In this document: piece after piece, positions 38,821 through 52,300 of the stretch | Layout of the letters: every line of letters begins with the position of its first letter | Position numbering within the stretch: position 1 is the first letter of the stretch | Assembly (NCBI RefSeq): GCF_964355755.1 | Contig: NC_092674.1 | Coordinates: forward strand, 2,666,001-2,730,000 | Source: Antedon mediterranea | Lineage: Eukaryota > Animalia > Echinodermata | DNA length: 64,000 bases | Direction: 5' to 3' | Notes under the pieces: generated by a model | The model's input: the letters and a program-made list of their open reading frames with translations, nothing else | The model's database searches: none | Told to the model about the DNA's origin: nothing | Made by a program: the position numbers and the translations under genes

Positions 38821-39165
38821 GCGAGTGAGAGGCCGAGCGCTTAAGACACTGGAACCGTAATTACGTAGCCATAACATCGGCGAGGGTTCAATCGAGGCTC
38901 ACTCGCCCCATGGTTCTGGTGGTAGAACGAGCCTTCTCGGAAAAGGACTATAAACCGTACAGTAGGTCCAGTGTACACATAGCTCATGTGCACTTTAAAG
39001 TAACCTAGTACATCTTTTCAGACAAGTAGGGGGTTACCCCGGTGTACTACAGTAGTTCACACACAGCCACTGTCACAAACTCATCATGGGCCCTCTTGGG
39101 AGAACAGTCTAGACTGAAGAGACTACTGTACCCAGTACAAAGAATAAATAAAGAAAAATAAAAAC
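38821..39165 (+). mobile_element. tRNA-derived SINE, copy 2
   Basis: Collinear with 11603-11860; A-rich tail; its 3' part also occurs at ~18630-18705. Confidence 0.7.
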
Positions 39166-41772
39166 TATGAGAGAATTGTTTAGTTTAGTTACTACATGTA
39201 CTGTACAAACTGTACTTTCAATTACTGTATACATAGGTACTGTAGTATAAAAATAGATTTACAATACAATATGGTAGATAATGAACTTGAGAATTTAAAC
39301 CAGTTTCAATTGAAACACAAATTATACTGAAGGTCCGTAACCACAACAAAAGATTTATAACTTGAGTATTCTTTAGCTGGACTGTGTTAATGTGGGTTAC
39401 ATATTAGCCTTGTAAAATGTAATCTTGTTACAAGTTTACTGTAGTATGACTAATTAATAATCAAACATGGTTAATGTCACAATTAAGTACAATCTAAACA
39501 AGCTAAAGTATTTAATTGAGGAATCATCATCTGCAATCTAGGCCCAGTTAGAGCATAGAAATATTATGAAATATTATGATTAGAGCATGGACCTATTCAT
39601 TTTAGGTCCATGATTAGAGTACAGTAAACTATTAGTATTGAAGCGAGAAGCAGAAAATTGTGGCAGAACATGATCGCCTACATCCGTAGATACGGCACCT
39701 AGAGAGAGTATGTATTTGGCTGAAAAGTCCAAGCTACTGTAGAGCGACATTTCCTCTGTGATCTTTAAGCTCTGTCTACACTATCAAACTTTAAAAAATG
39801 TGATGTGCCCATATGGACATGATGTATATCATTACCATATTTGGGCATATCACTACCATATTTGGGTATGTCCACCTTTTTATGTCAAACTAGTTTGATA
39901 GTGTCCTGGCAGCTCTCCTTTCCTCTTCTTTCCTGTCTTCTGAACATTCTCTTTAAATTGTAGAAATCCGTGTGTTTGGCTCTGGTTTCCTAGTTGTTTA
40001 TGTAAAGCTCTGTCTACACTATCAAACTAATGACAAAAAAGTGTGATATACTGTATCTAAATATTGTAGTGATATACCCAAATATGGTAGTGATATTACA
40101 TCATCATGTCCATATATGGGCAGAAATGTTTTTGTCACATACTGTAAAATTTGTAGACTTAGCTGTACAACTACTGCAGACTCCTTTTTCAAACGATAGA
40201 CTTAAACCACAATCATTTACAATACATTGGTATTCAAACGTCACTCTGTAAAAAAATGAGCTAACTACTTTATTTGATAATTTATTGTTAATTTAAAAAT
40301 CAATGAAAAATAGTTTTCAATAGTACATTTTAAAAGTAAAAATAATATAGTACAGTATTATTAAGTATTTAATAGAGATATGATTTTATCTCCATAATTA
40401 AATTAACATACTGGTATGTTTAACGCCGATGGATCAATAGATTACGGAAGGTTAAAGGTCAAGTGTACAATTCCTGCAGGAAGACTAGCAGTAAAATTTT
40501 GGAGTAGCACTTCAGGTTTATGGTTACTATATTTCCCTTTTAGAATTTACTTTAAAAAAGTACTAACTATACAGTACGTATGTTGATACCTCAGGGATTT
40601 TGGCCAGCTTCTATTGTAATACTTCACTTGTGATGACTCATTTTGTCGAGATTTGCTAGAATGAATTTAAATCAGGGAGACTTGTTCTTTACAGTTTAGG
40701 CTTCGTTTTTATCTAGGTGTTTGCTTGATGAGTAGAGACATAACAGTAATAATACATTCTGCTTTGATCAACGCAATTTAGATTAAATCCATCTCGTGGT
40801 GTACAGTAGTTTTATAATAAATTAAATTAATTTATCACTGCATACATAAATACAATTATATATATATATAAAACAAAGCATAAAGTCATAAGTCCAGATA
40901 TTGTTCCAACAAAATATATAGATTTTACACTACAGCCATAGAAGAAATGTGGTTACTGTACATGTATAAACTAAACATTAATATAATAGAGATAAAAAAA
41001 CATAGATCACATCAAATCAAAATAACATTTATTTCCAAATAATGATAATTAAAAAATAAATTAAGCAACATACTTGGCAAAATGCAGAGATCGACGGAGT
41101 GTTCGCTATTTAATATTTCGACCCATGTATTAAATTGAAGATAAAAATATTAATAAGCTTTTGTAATGTCTAATCTTGATTATCCTGAAAATGCATGGAT
41201 GGCATGGCTCAAAATCAGGATGATAACTTTTTAAACAAACATACAACAGTAATGCAAGTAAACAAAAAAATGATATCTACCATAGTATTAAATTCATTGA
41301 TTGAATTTAATTATTATTATTTACTAGATGTACAGTATGAATAACTGCTTTGATGATTTCAATATTGGTATAATGTCTCATGTTTAAAAATTCAGGACAA
41401 TAACCTTATTGTTATCATGCAAAAAAAAACATACAGTTCTTATGCAAGTAATACTGTTTATCAATATACGTACATGAATTTTATGAGTATTAGTCGCTAG
41501 TTGCATGAATAATATGGTATGGCTCATGTTTAAAAATTCAGGACAATTATTTTTAATTGTTAAGCAAGTAATAATCAAAATATTAATATCTATCATAATA
41601 ATTAATTAATCATTAAATTAATTTTCATGTCATGAATAAACTCACTGCTAAGTTGCTTTCAATATTGGTAAATCAAGACATCTTCTCTTACTGTTAATAA
41701 TTTATAAATGTGAAATAAATTAATAATTTATTTTTTTCAGAAATACTGTAGAAAGCAATTAAATTAAAAGAA

Positions 41773-44700
41773 ATGGCGCAGGGGTCAAGAACAATGAAAT
41801 GCGTAGTGGTTGGTGACGGTGCAGTTGGTAAAACATGTATGCTGTGGTCCTATACCAGAAACCAGTTTCCACGAGAATATATTCCCACAGTGTAAGTATA
41901 GTAACACCATTAAAACACATTCTGAATATCAGACTTTCCGGAAAACCTGGGATACTGTACAGTATTAGGCCAGACTAAAGGTGTCTGATATTGGAAGAGT
42001 TGTACTGTATAACATTTTGCATTGGGTATTACTGTATTAATTGAATAAAAAACAATACGTACTGTATGTGTACATCAATTTGCCATTGTTCCAAGTTGTT
42101 GAGTAGGGTAGTATTAGTAAAAACTGGCCTATTGTACTGTGTATATAAAATGTTGTCCTGATAAAGGGCTAGTGTTGCCTTGATGGAGGGCTAGTGTTGC
42201 CCTGATGGAGGGCTAGTGTTGCCCTGATGGAGGGCTAGTGTTGCCCTGATGGAGGGCTAGTGTTGCCCTGATGGAGGGCTAGTGTTGCCCTGATGGAGGG
42301 CTAGTGTTGCCCTGATGGAGGGCTAGTGTTTCCCGAAAGCTCTGCACATTTCTCTGGCTTATCGTTGATAAAGTAAAACTGATACCCACAGCATTGTCAT
42401 TTTTCCAGTGCTTATTTTATTTGTATCTCCATTGAGATCCAGCCACTGATACCCACAGCATTGTCATTTTTTTCAGTGCTTATTTTATTTGTATCTCCAT
42501 TGAGATCCAGCCACTGATACCCACAGCATTGTCATTTTTCCAGTACTTATTTTATTTGTATCTCCATTGAGATCCAGCCACTGATACCCACAGCATTGTC
42601 ATTTTTTTCAGTGCTTATTTTCTTTTGTATCTTCATTGAGATCCAGCCACTGATACTCACAGCATTGTCATTTTTCCAGTGCTTATTTTATTTGTATCTC
42701 CATTGAGATCCAGCCACTGATACCCACAGCATTGTCATTTTTTTCAGTGCTTATTTTCTTTTGTATCTTCATTGAGATCCAGCCACTGATCCTCACAGCA
42801 TTGTCATTTTTCCAGTGCTTATTTTATTTGTATCGCCATTGAGATCCAGCCACTGATACCCACAGCATTGTCATTTTTTTCAGTGCTTATTTTCTTTTGT
42901 ATCTTTATTGAGATCCAGCCACTGATATCCACAGCATTGTCATTTTTTCAGTGCTTATTTTCTGTTGTATCTTTATTGAGATCCAGCCACTGATACCGAC
43001 AGCATTGTCATTTTTTCAGTGCTTATTTTTTTTTGTATCTTCATTGAGATCCAGCCACTGATACCGACAGCATTGTCATTTTTTCAGTGCTTATTTTTTT
43101 TTGTATCTTCATTGAGATCCAGCCACTGATACCGACAGCATTGTCATTTTTTCAGTGCTTATTTTCTTTTGTATCTTCATTGAGATCCAGCCACTGATAC
43201 CCACAGCATTGTCATTTTTTCAGTGCTTATTTTCTTTTGTATCTTTATTGAGATCCAGCCACTGATACCGACAGCATTGTCATTTTTTCAGTTCTTTTTT
43301 GTTTTGTATCTTCATTGAGATCCAGCCACTGATACCGACAGCATTGTCATTTTTTCAGTTCTTTTTTGTTTTGTATCTTCATTGAGATCCAGCCACTGAT
43401 ACCGACAGCATTGTCATTTTTTCAGTGCTTTTTTGTTTTGTATCTTCATTGAGATCCAGTCACTGATACCGACAGCATTGTCATTTTTTCAGTGCTTATT
43501 TTTTTTTGTATCTTCATTGAGATCCAGCCACTGATACCGACAGCATTGTCATTTTTGCAGTGCTTATTTTTTTTTGTATCTTTATTGAGATCCAGCCACT
43601 GATACCGACAGCATTGTCATTTTTTCAGTGCTTTTTTGTTTTGTATCTTCATTGAGATCCAGTCACTGATACCGACAGCATTGTCATTTTTGCAGTGCTT
43701 ATTTTTTTTTGTATCTTCATTGAGATCCAGCCACTGATACCGACAGCATTGTCATTTTTGCAGTGCTTATTTTTTTTTGTATCTTCATTGAGATCCAGCC
43801 ACTGATACCGACAACATTGTCATTTTTTCCAGTAATTTGCCTACTAGCTTTTTTTACTATTTCTATTTCAATAATAATATATATTTATTTTACTGTTTCT
43901 CTGTAATGATTATACAATGGTGAAAGGGTGTAGAAAGAGTATGCTTGTCGCCATTTTCCCAAACCAATAATTTCCAAAAGTCTCAAATTGTTTACTGGGA
44001 CTAAAATTAAAAACCAAACATTCTGAAGTTGTGATTGGTCAGATTACCTACATGATGAGAACATCTAAACTCATATTTTAATGCAAGATACACACCCAAA
44101 CCCCTTCATCACAAGATTGGCCTGAAATCAAATGCAAAGATATAACAATCATGGATAAATATAGACATTATGTATCTTATAGGAAATGAACAGTACACCA
44201 GGAAATCTGGTGTACTTGTGTCACATGGATCAATGGCTTAATATCCAATCTGAAGGATGAAGTAATTACAGGGTTTTTCTTTCCAGTTTTTATTTTCACA
44301 GATGTTTTGCATTATATTACATGTTTATTTAATGTTTGATTTTGTTTTGTTTTATTGCTTTAGATTTGACAACTTTTCACAACCAATGAAAGTGGATGGT
44401 GTGTCCGTGAACCTAGGTCTATGGGATACAGCCGGTCAAGAAGATTACGACAGGTTACGACCTCTTTCATATCCACAAGTAAGTGTGGTCAACCAGCGTA
44501 CTTACTATACAGTGTTCAATTCTTCAGATCCAGTTGAGCGGTGACAATTTTTAAACAACAAATCACTTTTTTTTTTGCTTAAATTGTTTATTTGTGTAAC
44601 ATTATACAATCCTGTTTAATTGTATTAATAATGAATTTTATTTCAAGATTATACTTCTGTAGATATGTTGTATTAGCCATGTTATTGAATTGCAAGGCTG

Positions 44701-46115
44701 CAGTGAGTCTATTGTATTAAACATGAATTGTGCAGTTTTCTACATCATACAACCAAGAATTACACATGCAGCATCAGTGTTGTTTATAATACGATGTCAA
44801 CAGAGTACTGTAGTTTCTATATCTCATTTATTTTGTTTCATTTTAGACCGATATCTTCCTGGTATGTTTTAGCGTAGTTGGACAATCATCGTATGCTAAT
44901 GTGCAAACTAAGTGGCATCCAGAACTGGCCCATCATGCACCAGGAGTTCCTTATGTACTTGTTGGTAAGGCAAATGTTTTGTATGTTACTCACTTTAATC
45001 TCTGTCTACACTATCAAACTAGTTTGACAAAAAAGTATGATGTGCCCATATATGGTAGTGATATGCCCAAATATGATATTGTTATGACATCAGTATGTCA
45101 CACACTTTAATCTCTGTCTACACTATCAAACTAATTTGACAAAAAAGTATGATGTGCCCATATATGGTAGTGATATGCCCAAATATGGTATTGATATGAT
45201 ATCAGTATGTTACTCGCTTTAAACTCTGTCTACACTCTCAAACTAGTTTGACAAAAAAAAGTGTGATGTGCCCAAATGTCCATATATGGGTATACTTATT
45301 GACACTTGACATTCTCGTTCACTTTTTGTCTTCATTAGGTACAAAGGTCGATCTCAGAGAAGATAAAGAAGTTATAAACGAATTGAACAGCAAAGGAAAG
45401 AAAGTCTACAGAAAGGAAGATGGAGAAAGACTTGCTAGCAAAATTGGTGCCGTTAAATACATGGAATGCTCTGCTCTTACACAAAGGGGTTTGAAAATGG
45501 TAAGTGGTCAGATGAACAAGCTCCATTTGGTGGCAGCACTTGACGCGAAGAGACCCTTAGGGAAGTAGAAAGTTGTGGTATGTCGTCCATTCCTGTGCGC
45601 GTAGGCTGCAAGTCGCAGGTTATTCCCCCATTTACATGATTTACAAATTGACAGTTTTCTGTGTATATAAGAATAATCAAACAAGAAATAAAGTGGTGCG
45701 ATTCTCGCAAGAAAAGGGAACAATCTCTGTTCAAGCCATGGGGTTGTCAAGGGCCTTTATGATAATGTGGTCAGGTTGAAACCTTACCAACCGTACTGGC
45801 GGCTACCCTGTTGCTGTTACGGTTAGTATTGCTTTACTGGACACAAATATAAGTTCAAATGACCACACCATTCCAAACCTATCAACTATCTCTATCAAAG
45901 GGCTTCTTGTTGACATCCTCTTCAATCCAAAAACAAGGCCCTTTCACCAAATATGTATACATTCTGAAAATGTATATTGGTCCATCACAACAGCACAGCG
46001 TATATTATAAATGTTATGGTCATTATTATTTCAGGTTTTTGAAGAGGCAGTACGTATCGTATTAAATCCAGCTCCACCTAACCACGGCAAGAAACCAAAA
46101 TGCCACATAATCTGA
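41773..46115 (+). CDS. Mtl: Rac-related Rho GTPase, Mtl/MIG-2 type, 197 aa
   Basis: Exons 41773-41891, 44364-44478, 44847-44964, 45339-45499, 46035-46115. Motifs [64 protein letters not shown], PMxVD, LGLWD and [20 protein letters not shown] resemble Mtl/MIG-2 more than Rac1. Confidence 0.9.
42157..42345 (+). repeat. 22-bp tandem repeat (8 copies) derived from a hammerhead core
   Basis: CCTGATGGAGGGCTAGTGTTGC units ending in CCCGAAAGCTCTGC. Confidence 0.9.
42378..43842 (+). repeat. ~67-bp satellite (about 21-22 copies) derived from the 3' part of the hammerhead-bearing repeat
   Basis: CATTGAGATCCAGCCACTGATACCCACAGCATTGTCATTTTT matches ~28255-28310; array ends with the element's CAGTAATTTGCCT. 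Confidence 0.9.
45000..45290. mobile_element. Three tandem partial copies of a small MITE family; other copies at ~2220, 23470, 39768, 40006, 48818, 56350
   Basis: Terminus AGCTCTGTCTACACTATCAAAC, inverted at the other end in full copies; TWA-like flanks. Confidence 0.75.
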
Positions 46116-46804
46116 TTGTCTTTTTTTGAAACAAAAAAAATAAACTTTAATAATAATAATTATTTGTGAAAAAATAAATAATGAACATTGATAGTGACAT
46201 TGGTATGTACTTTACAATCTCACTAAAGCATTGATAACAAGTTGTGCCAGTTATTTCTCTGGATGTGTGTAAAAGACAAACCTACCAAGAAGGGTTCCTG
46301 TAAATCTGTTCAATGATTGGCAGCGGTTCTTCTCAGATTTTCTACATTTTTTCCCCAACTTCATATTCCTATAAGATTATTCCAACAATCATTTGTTTTT
46401 ATTGTACTTCAGTATACACTACTGACTCATAGTATTGTTAGTGGCTTCTTACTATTAATACATATTAAAGTCTGAGAATTGTTTGACCTCTGACACCACC
46501 TATAACTTAAGTTGTTTAGCTACCAAAGAACAAGGTTTTCTTCTCTTGTGTTTAACGGCGTTTGCTTTGACAGTAAGCATTGTGTTTTATGCCGAAACTT
46601 AGGTTGATAATTGATGCTAATTGTAGGCATCTTGTATAACGCATTATTCCATTATTTTTCCGTTTTCCGGTTATATATTTTTCTTTCTCCCACCCGCTTT
46701 ACGATTCTTACACCCACCATTCACTTACACCAGTGCTTTTCTATTGATTATGTAGTAGTGTATAAAGTAACTAATGGTGTGTGCAAACCTCTGTGGTCGT
46801 ACCA

Positions 46805-47264
46805 AGGCTTCGCATACACTACTGGCTTATTCCTAACATGTGTAACGCCTACTTGGTATTTAGCCTAACTATAACATGGTGCTTACAGTAACTGGATCAA
46901 AGAAAAATTAGCAATTTGTAAACCGAACACAAACAAAATTCTTTTTTTTGGCAGCTTTATTGTTGTAGTATAAACTGTGATTGTACAGGCTTCGCATACA
47001 CTACTGGCTTATTCCTAACGTGTGTAACGCCTACAGGCTTCGCATACACTACTGACTTATTCCTAACATGTGTAACGCCTACAGGCTTCGCATACACTAC
47101 TGGCTTATTCCTAACATGTGTAACGCCTACTTGGTATTTAGCGTAACTATTAGATGGTGCTTACAGTAACTGGATCAAAGAAAAATTAGCAATTTGTAAA
47201 CCGAACACAAACAAAATTCTTTTTTTTGGCAGCTTTATTGTTGTAGTATAAACTGTGATTGTAC
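46805..47264. repeat. Local duplication with internal 47-bp triplication, downstream of Mtl stop
   Basis: AGGCTTCGCATACACTACTGGCTTATTCCTAACATGTGTAACGCCTAC four times; ~180-bp block twice. Confidence 0.85.
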
Positions 47265-48489
47265 CTAAAATTTGTAGTTTTCTGATAATGTTAAATACTG
47301 TACCTTTATTATTATCGAACATGAATACAACATGAATACAACATGTTCAGTTATACTTACAATTCATGATTAATATGAGGAAATCACATTTAGACATTAT
47401 CAATCTGTCGCAATATTACCAGAATCACAATTTCAGCCCTACACTAAATTGGTACCATTTTGATATCTTATTTATGATAATAATTATTAATGATGTAGTC
47501 AGATGTCATATTTAAATTCTCAGGAACCCTTTTACATATTGTATGTTTGTTGTGTGATTGTTAACTCATATACAATGCTAGGTGGCAACATTTGTTTCAA
47601 GTTTTGTAGATAGACTATATGAACTATGTGTTATGTACTATATTAAAAAGTAGTCTTGTTTAAAACTCCCCGACCCTAGTTAAACAAAGGGTCATGAATT
47701 ATGCGTATACAGATCTTGAATAGCTAATGACATAACACCTGGAATAATTTACCTGGGATTGCTATTGCATTCTGGGATTTTTACAGTTTCCTAATAAATA
47801 TATAAGCTTTTTTGTATTTTGCGCTTTAAGTAAAATGTATGTATATCTTAGGTGTTAAATACCGACACCAAAATTATGAACATTATTTTTTCTATTACAG
47901 TATAATTAGTTTATAGAGTTTGTCTGAAATCAATTGGAAAATATTAACATAGTCTATTTTTTTCCATTTATCATAAAAAAAGTATTTTTTTAGTTAATTT
48001 TGAAATTTTATATTTTTTTTTTAACAAGTAGTTTTATTTGTCTTTCACATACAAACAGTTTAGTCACAAAAAAGATAGTTACTTAAACAAGCAACGACCA
48101 ATCAAATGCCGTTAAGCGTTATGTTTGTAAACGTTTTTATTTGTGGCACATGACACATACTTTGTGTAGTAACAGTAAGCCCAAAACCCTCGCAAAAAAC
48201 AGCTAGGTTTCTTTCTGGTACCAAATTGGAGGGTTATTCAGTATTTTAATCTTGACGTTACACCTTTAGATACCTTTTACCAATAGACAGCTATTTTTAC
48301 CTACTATAGCCTCTATAGTATATATATCACTGTTATTACACTGTTAAATAAAACTGTATTGGTCATAAATGGATTTTTTTTTAAATAATTCGTGGAACCA
48401 ATAATGAGGGTAAACCAGGATATATGTAGCTCCGTAGATATTGTATAATGAAATCATAATATCATTTGTGTATATTACAGTAATCTATG

Positions 48490-48621
48490 GATCAATCTAT
48501 TATAGGTGCGGCTCCCCCGAGGATCAATCTAATATAGGTGCTCCTCCCCCGAGGATGAACCTACTATAATTGGTGTTCCTCCCCCGAGGATCAATCTACT
48601 ATAGGTGTTCCTCCCCCGAGG
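48490..48621. repeat. ~31-35-bp tandem repeat, 4 copies
   Basis: GGATCAATCTA.TATAGGTG..CCTCCCCCGA. Confidence 0.8.
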
Positions 48622-51600
48622 GTCACATCACTACCTGTGTCACTCCCTCATTTAATCACGAATAATCGTTAACAAAATTAATTTCACAAAAATCATGATA
48701 TAAGGTTTGTAAATAGGAACGTCTTGTTTTCTTAGTTATTTAAATTAAATATAACATATGAATCTTAACATTGATGTAGATAAACTAGTTGTTTTGATAC
48801 GTACTTATTCTTTTTAAAGCTCTGTTTACACTATTAAACTAGTGTGATGTGCCCAAATATGGTAGTGATATGACATCATTATGTCCATATATTGTTGTCG
48901 CTGATAGAGTAGACTGAGCTCAAGCAAATGCTTACTGTCATGCCGGCCGCATTCGTAAGTACTTTGACCAATCACAATAGTGCATCCGAACTGTCGCTTA
49001 TGATTGGTCGAACCACGTACGTTGCGCGTACTACTCTCGCGTCCAAATAGGAACCGCGCTTGTTGTGTTTCCTGTGATGACTAAAGTATTAGATAATTTG
49101 GCTATTATATCTATGATATATGTATTGAAAGAACAAAGTAAAATCCAGATTGCCATTACAAACAATTTTGCGGTGTTACTAAAGCATTTGTTTAATACTG
49201 TACTTATTAATTTTTATTCACCATGTAAAATTGAGTGATATTATCATGTAGCCTTAAAACACTGTATTTACAACAAATTAATGTGCTGTTTTAATTTTAT
49301 GATAATGGCCGCCCATCATTCTTGATTGAAAAATCCCATGGGTTGTTAAAGTTTGTCAAAATGTGTTTTATTTTTTAAATTTTTTATTATATGAATAACT
49401 TCTCAAGAATATGAATAACTTCTCAAGAATATGAATAACTTCTTCTAATTGTAATTTTTAAACGATGTTCCAAAATGACCATTTTCAATATTAATAAGTG
49501 TTATTTATAACTGCTGTATAATATACTCTCACGCAGCCCTTTGGATGCGTTTAAAGTAATCAATTAATTAATATAAACCATTTTAAGTGATAACGTGAAC
49601 ATATCCATTCCTTTTTTAGGACAAAAGAATGCTTTTTTGAATTATCACGAAATATTGTAATAATAATAATAATGTGCCGCCCTCTATAAATCTTTACTAA
49701 ATTTTGTATAAAATTAAATGACTTTACCTGTTAAAGCAGGGTTCCCACTAGGACCCAACACAATGAGTTGACCAATCACAAGCGACAGTTCGGAAGATCC
49801 ATCGCCAGTGATTGGTCAAATTACTTGCGATACTTGTACGCCCTTGCGTTGGGTCCCGTGTGAACACAGCTTATAGTACTACAACAGACCGCCATGGCAA
49901 CAAAATACAGTGGTTATGTGAATCTTGCTAATATGCTTATACATGTATTTTTATGTATGTTTACTGTATACGTGTATACACAAAATCATATCTCCAAATA
50001 TCATAGAATATTGTGTTTATGCTTAGTCTTGTGTATGGTATGTATACAGTATACACTTTATATATTCCACTTAATATCTTGTATATTACATGTATATTAT
50101 GTATGTGTGTGTGGTAACAGCTCACGTGTACTTTTTATTTGTATATTAGGTATAATTTCTTTTTTTTATTACTAACACGATCAATTGCATAGTACAGTAT
50201 GTTTTTTTTTAGAAAAATAATTAGGTTTGAAAATATTATATTATTATTATTGTTTGGTTCGCACTTGGATGCGACGCGAGGGTGTACGCGCATCGCGCGC
50301 AATGACCAATCATGACGCGGTGGATCATCCCAACTTTCGCTTGTGATTGGTCACTTGCGTTACACTCGTTGCGTTACGTCCAAGTGGGAACCAAGCTTTA
50401 GAGAGGATTGTACTGCCGATATCTCTCTACAATTCCAATTGTGACGTGTATTACGTCATCGTGATGGTACAATGGTTAATAAACATGATTTGTATGCGAG
50501 AGGATGTGGTTTCAGTGTCGTTTGCAATTCGTCGTTTCCTTTTTACAAAAATTATTATTATTTTATTTTCAAAATTCATACTGGTAAAGTTTTTAAAGTA
50601 TCTATATATAAATTATGGTTAATTCCGACATAGGCGAGCACAATGAAAAAAACTTCGGGACAAATCTCTGCCTTGGATACCTACTTGATCTATCTCAGAT
50701 GTGTACCGCGAAATGTAAATTTGATAACATTTTTTTAGTTTTCACTATTACGATATTGTTTCATATTTCTATCTTAGGAAGATATTATAAAGGGTTTTAA
50801 AGTAAATTTCTGATTTCATCGGTAGATTTTCAATACAATTTCAATTTCCAGGTTCACGATGAGTTCACGGGTTCACCCTGCAACTTCCTGGTTTCAACTA
50901 AGTTGGCCGTTAGTGGCTATAGCCATTTTAGTTTTTTGTTTATTTTCGGATCGGACCGCGCGTGTGGAGGAACAGTAGTTAAAAAATAAAAATTATACTG
51001 CAACTTAATAAAGATCAAATTAAATATACGCAATAAAGCATCGGAGTATATTGTGGGGAATAGTATTATACAATTAAATAGGGAGATCTGATGATAAGAC
51101 CTTTTGTTTAAAATCGAGTGAAATCCCGATAGCCGAGTTTTATTGAGTAATCTGGCAGGAATAACTGTGGGCTATCTGTGTCCCGTTAGGACCGGGATAC
51201 GTCTGCTGGTGTTTTTTTTGGTGTTAATTAAATAATGTATTAATTATTAGGATGGTATTGAATAAACGCCCAACACCTCCCAAATAAAACTATATAATAA
51301 ACGCCCATCCACATTTATACACACAATATTGTATTAGGCCTATATTTATAATAACACATACTATTTGTAGTAGAATTCATAGCCCTACAATTTACCAAGC
51401 ATTTGTTATTCTTTTTTACCACTTTTCATATCTATTAGAGGATTTTATTTTATTATAAATTATTATTACCATATTATTATTAAAACTAAACAATTAAACA
51501 TATCCCTCGAATAAGCACCTCCCTCAAATGAACTCCGCTTCCCCACCTCCGCCCAATAAGGGCCCTATCAAACAATAAACACTATACCGGTACTTTAAAA

Positions 51601-51937
51601 TGTTAAGACACTGTGAAACAGAGTAGGTTTAGTTTTACGAATGTCAAGTATTTTCTATAATGGTAACCGACAGAAAACGTGCAAGGAGAACTTCCTTCTA
51701 AACCGAGTCATTATCATTCCGAGAACCATCGTCTACCCTTCCTAGAGGGGGGGGGGGGGCGAGCTTACCCTCTAGTAGTCTTAGAGGAAGTAAACATAAA
51801 TACCGTTCTAGGAATTTACAAAATAAAAAATTGCATAATATTTTGGTTAGGAAAACAGTAATGCATGTACTTTGATTGGACACTGATATGGTTGTTGTCG
51901 CAGTGTAGAATATCCTCCTTTAGTGGTTTCAGATAGG

Positions 51938-51991
<54 letters not shown>

Positions 51992-52300
51992 TCGACAACG
52001 GTTGTTGTCGAGTTGTACTCTAATGAAGTTTATAATTGATATTGTTGAAGAAGAGAAATAATAAATAATATTATTCTAGCGTTTAATTTCACGTCTTAAG
52101 TAAGTATACAGTTTATGACCGTTTATATTTAATTGATATTGCTACATTATTATTATATAGTAGTTTTAGATATTACGTTATGTAAGTCCTAATTGACTTA
52201 CGGTAGAGACGTACTCGCAATGTATTAACTGATTTCTTTAACCATTTCTTTTTCTTTCAAAGAGTAATATAAACTTAAGTATCTTATACGACGGCGAATT

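Noticed and set aside
42378-43842. Repeat-spacer array
   Set aside because: Inter-core segments are homologous T-rich variants, not unique spacers.
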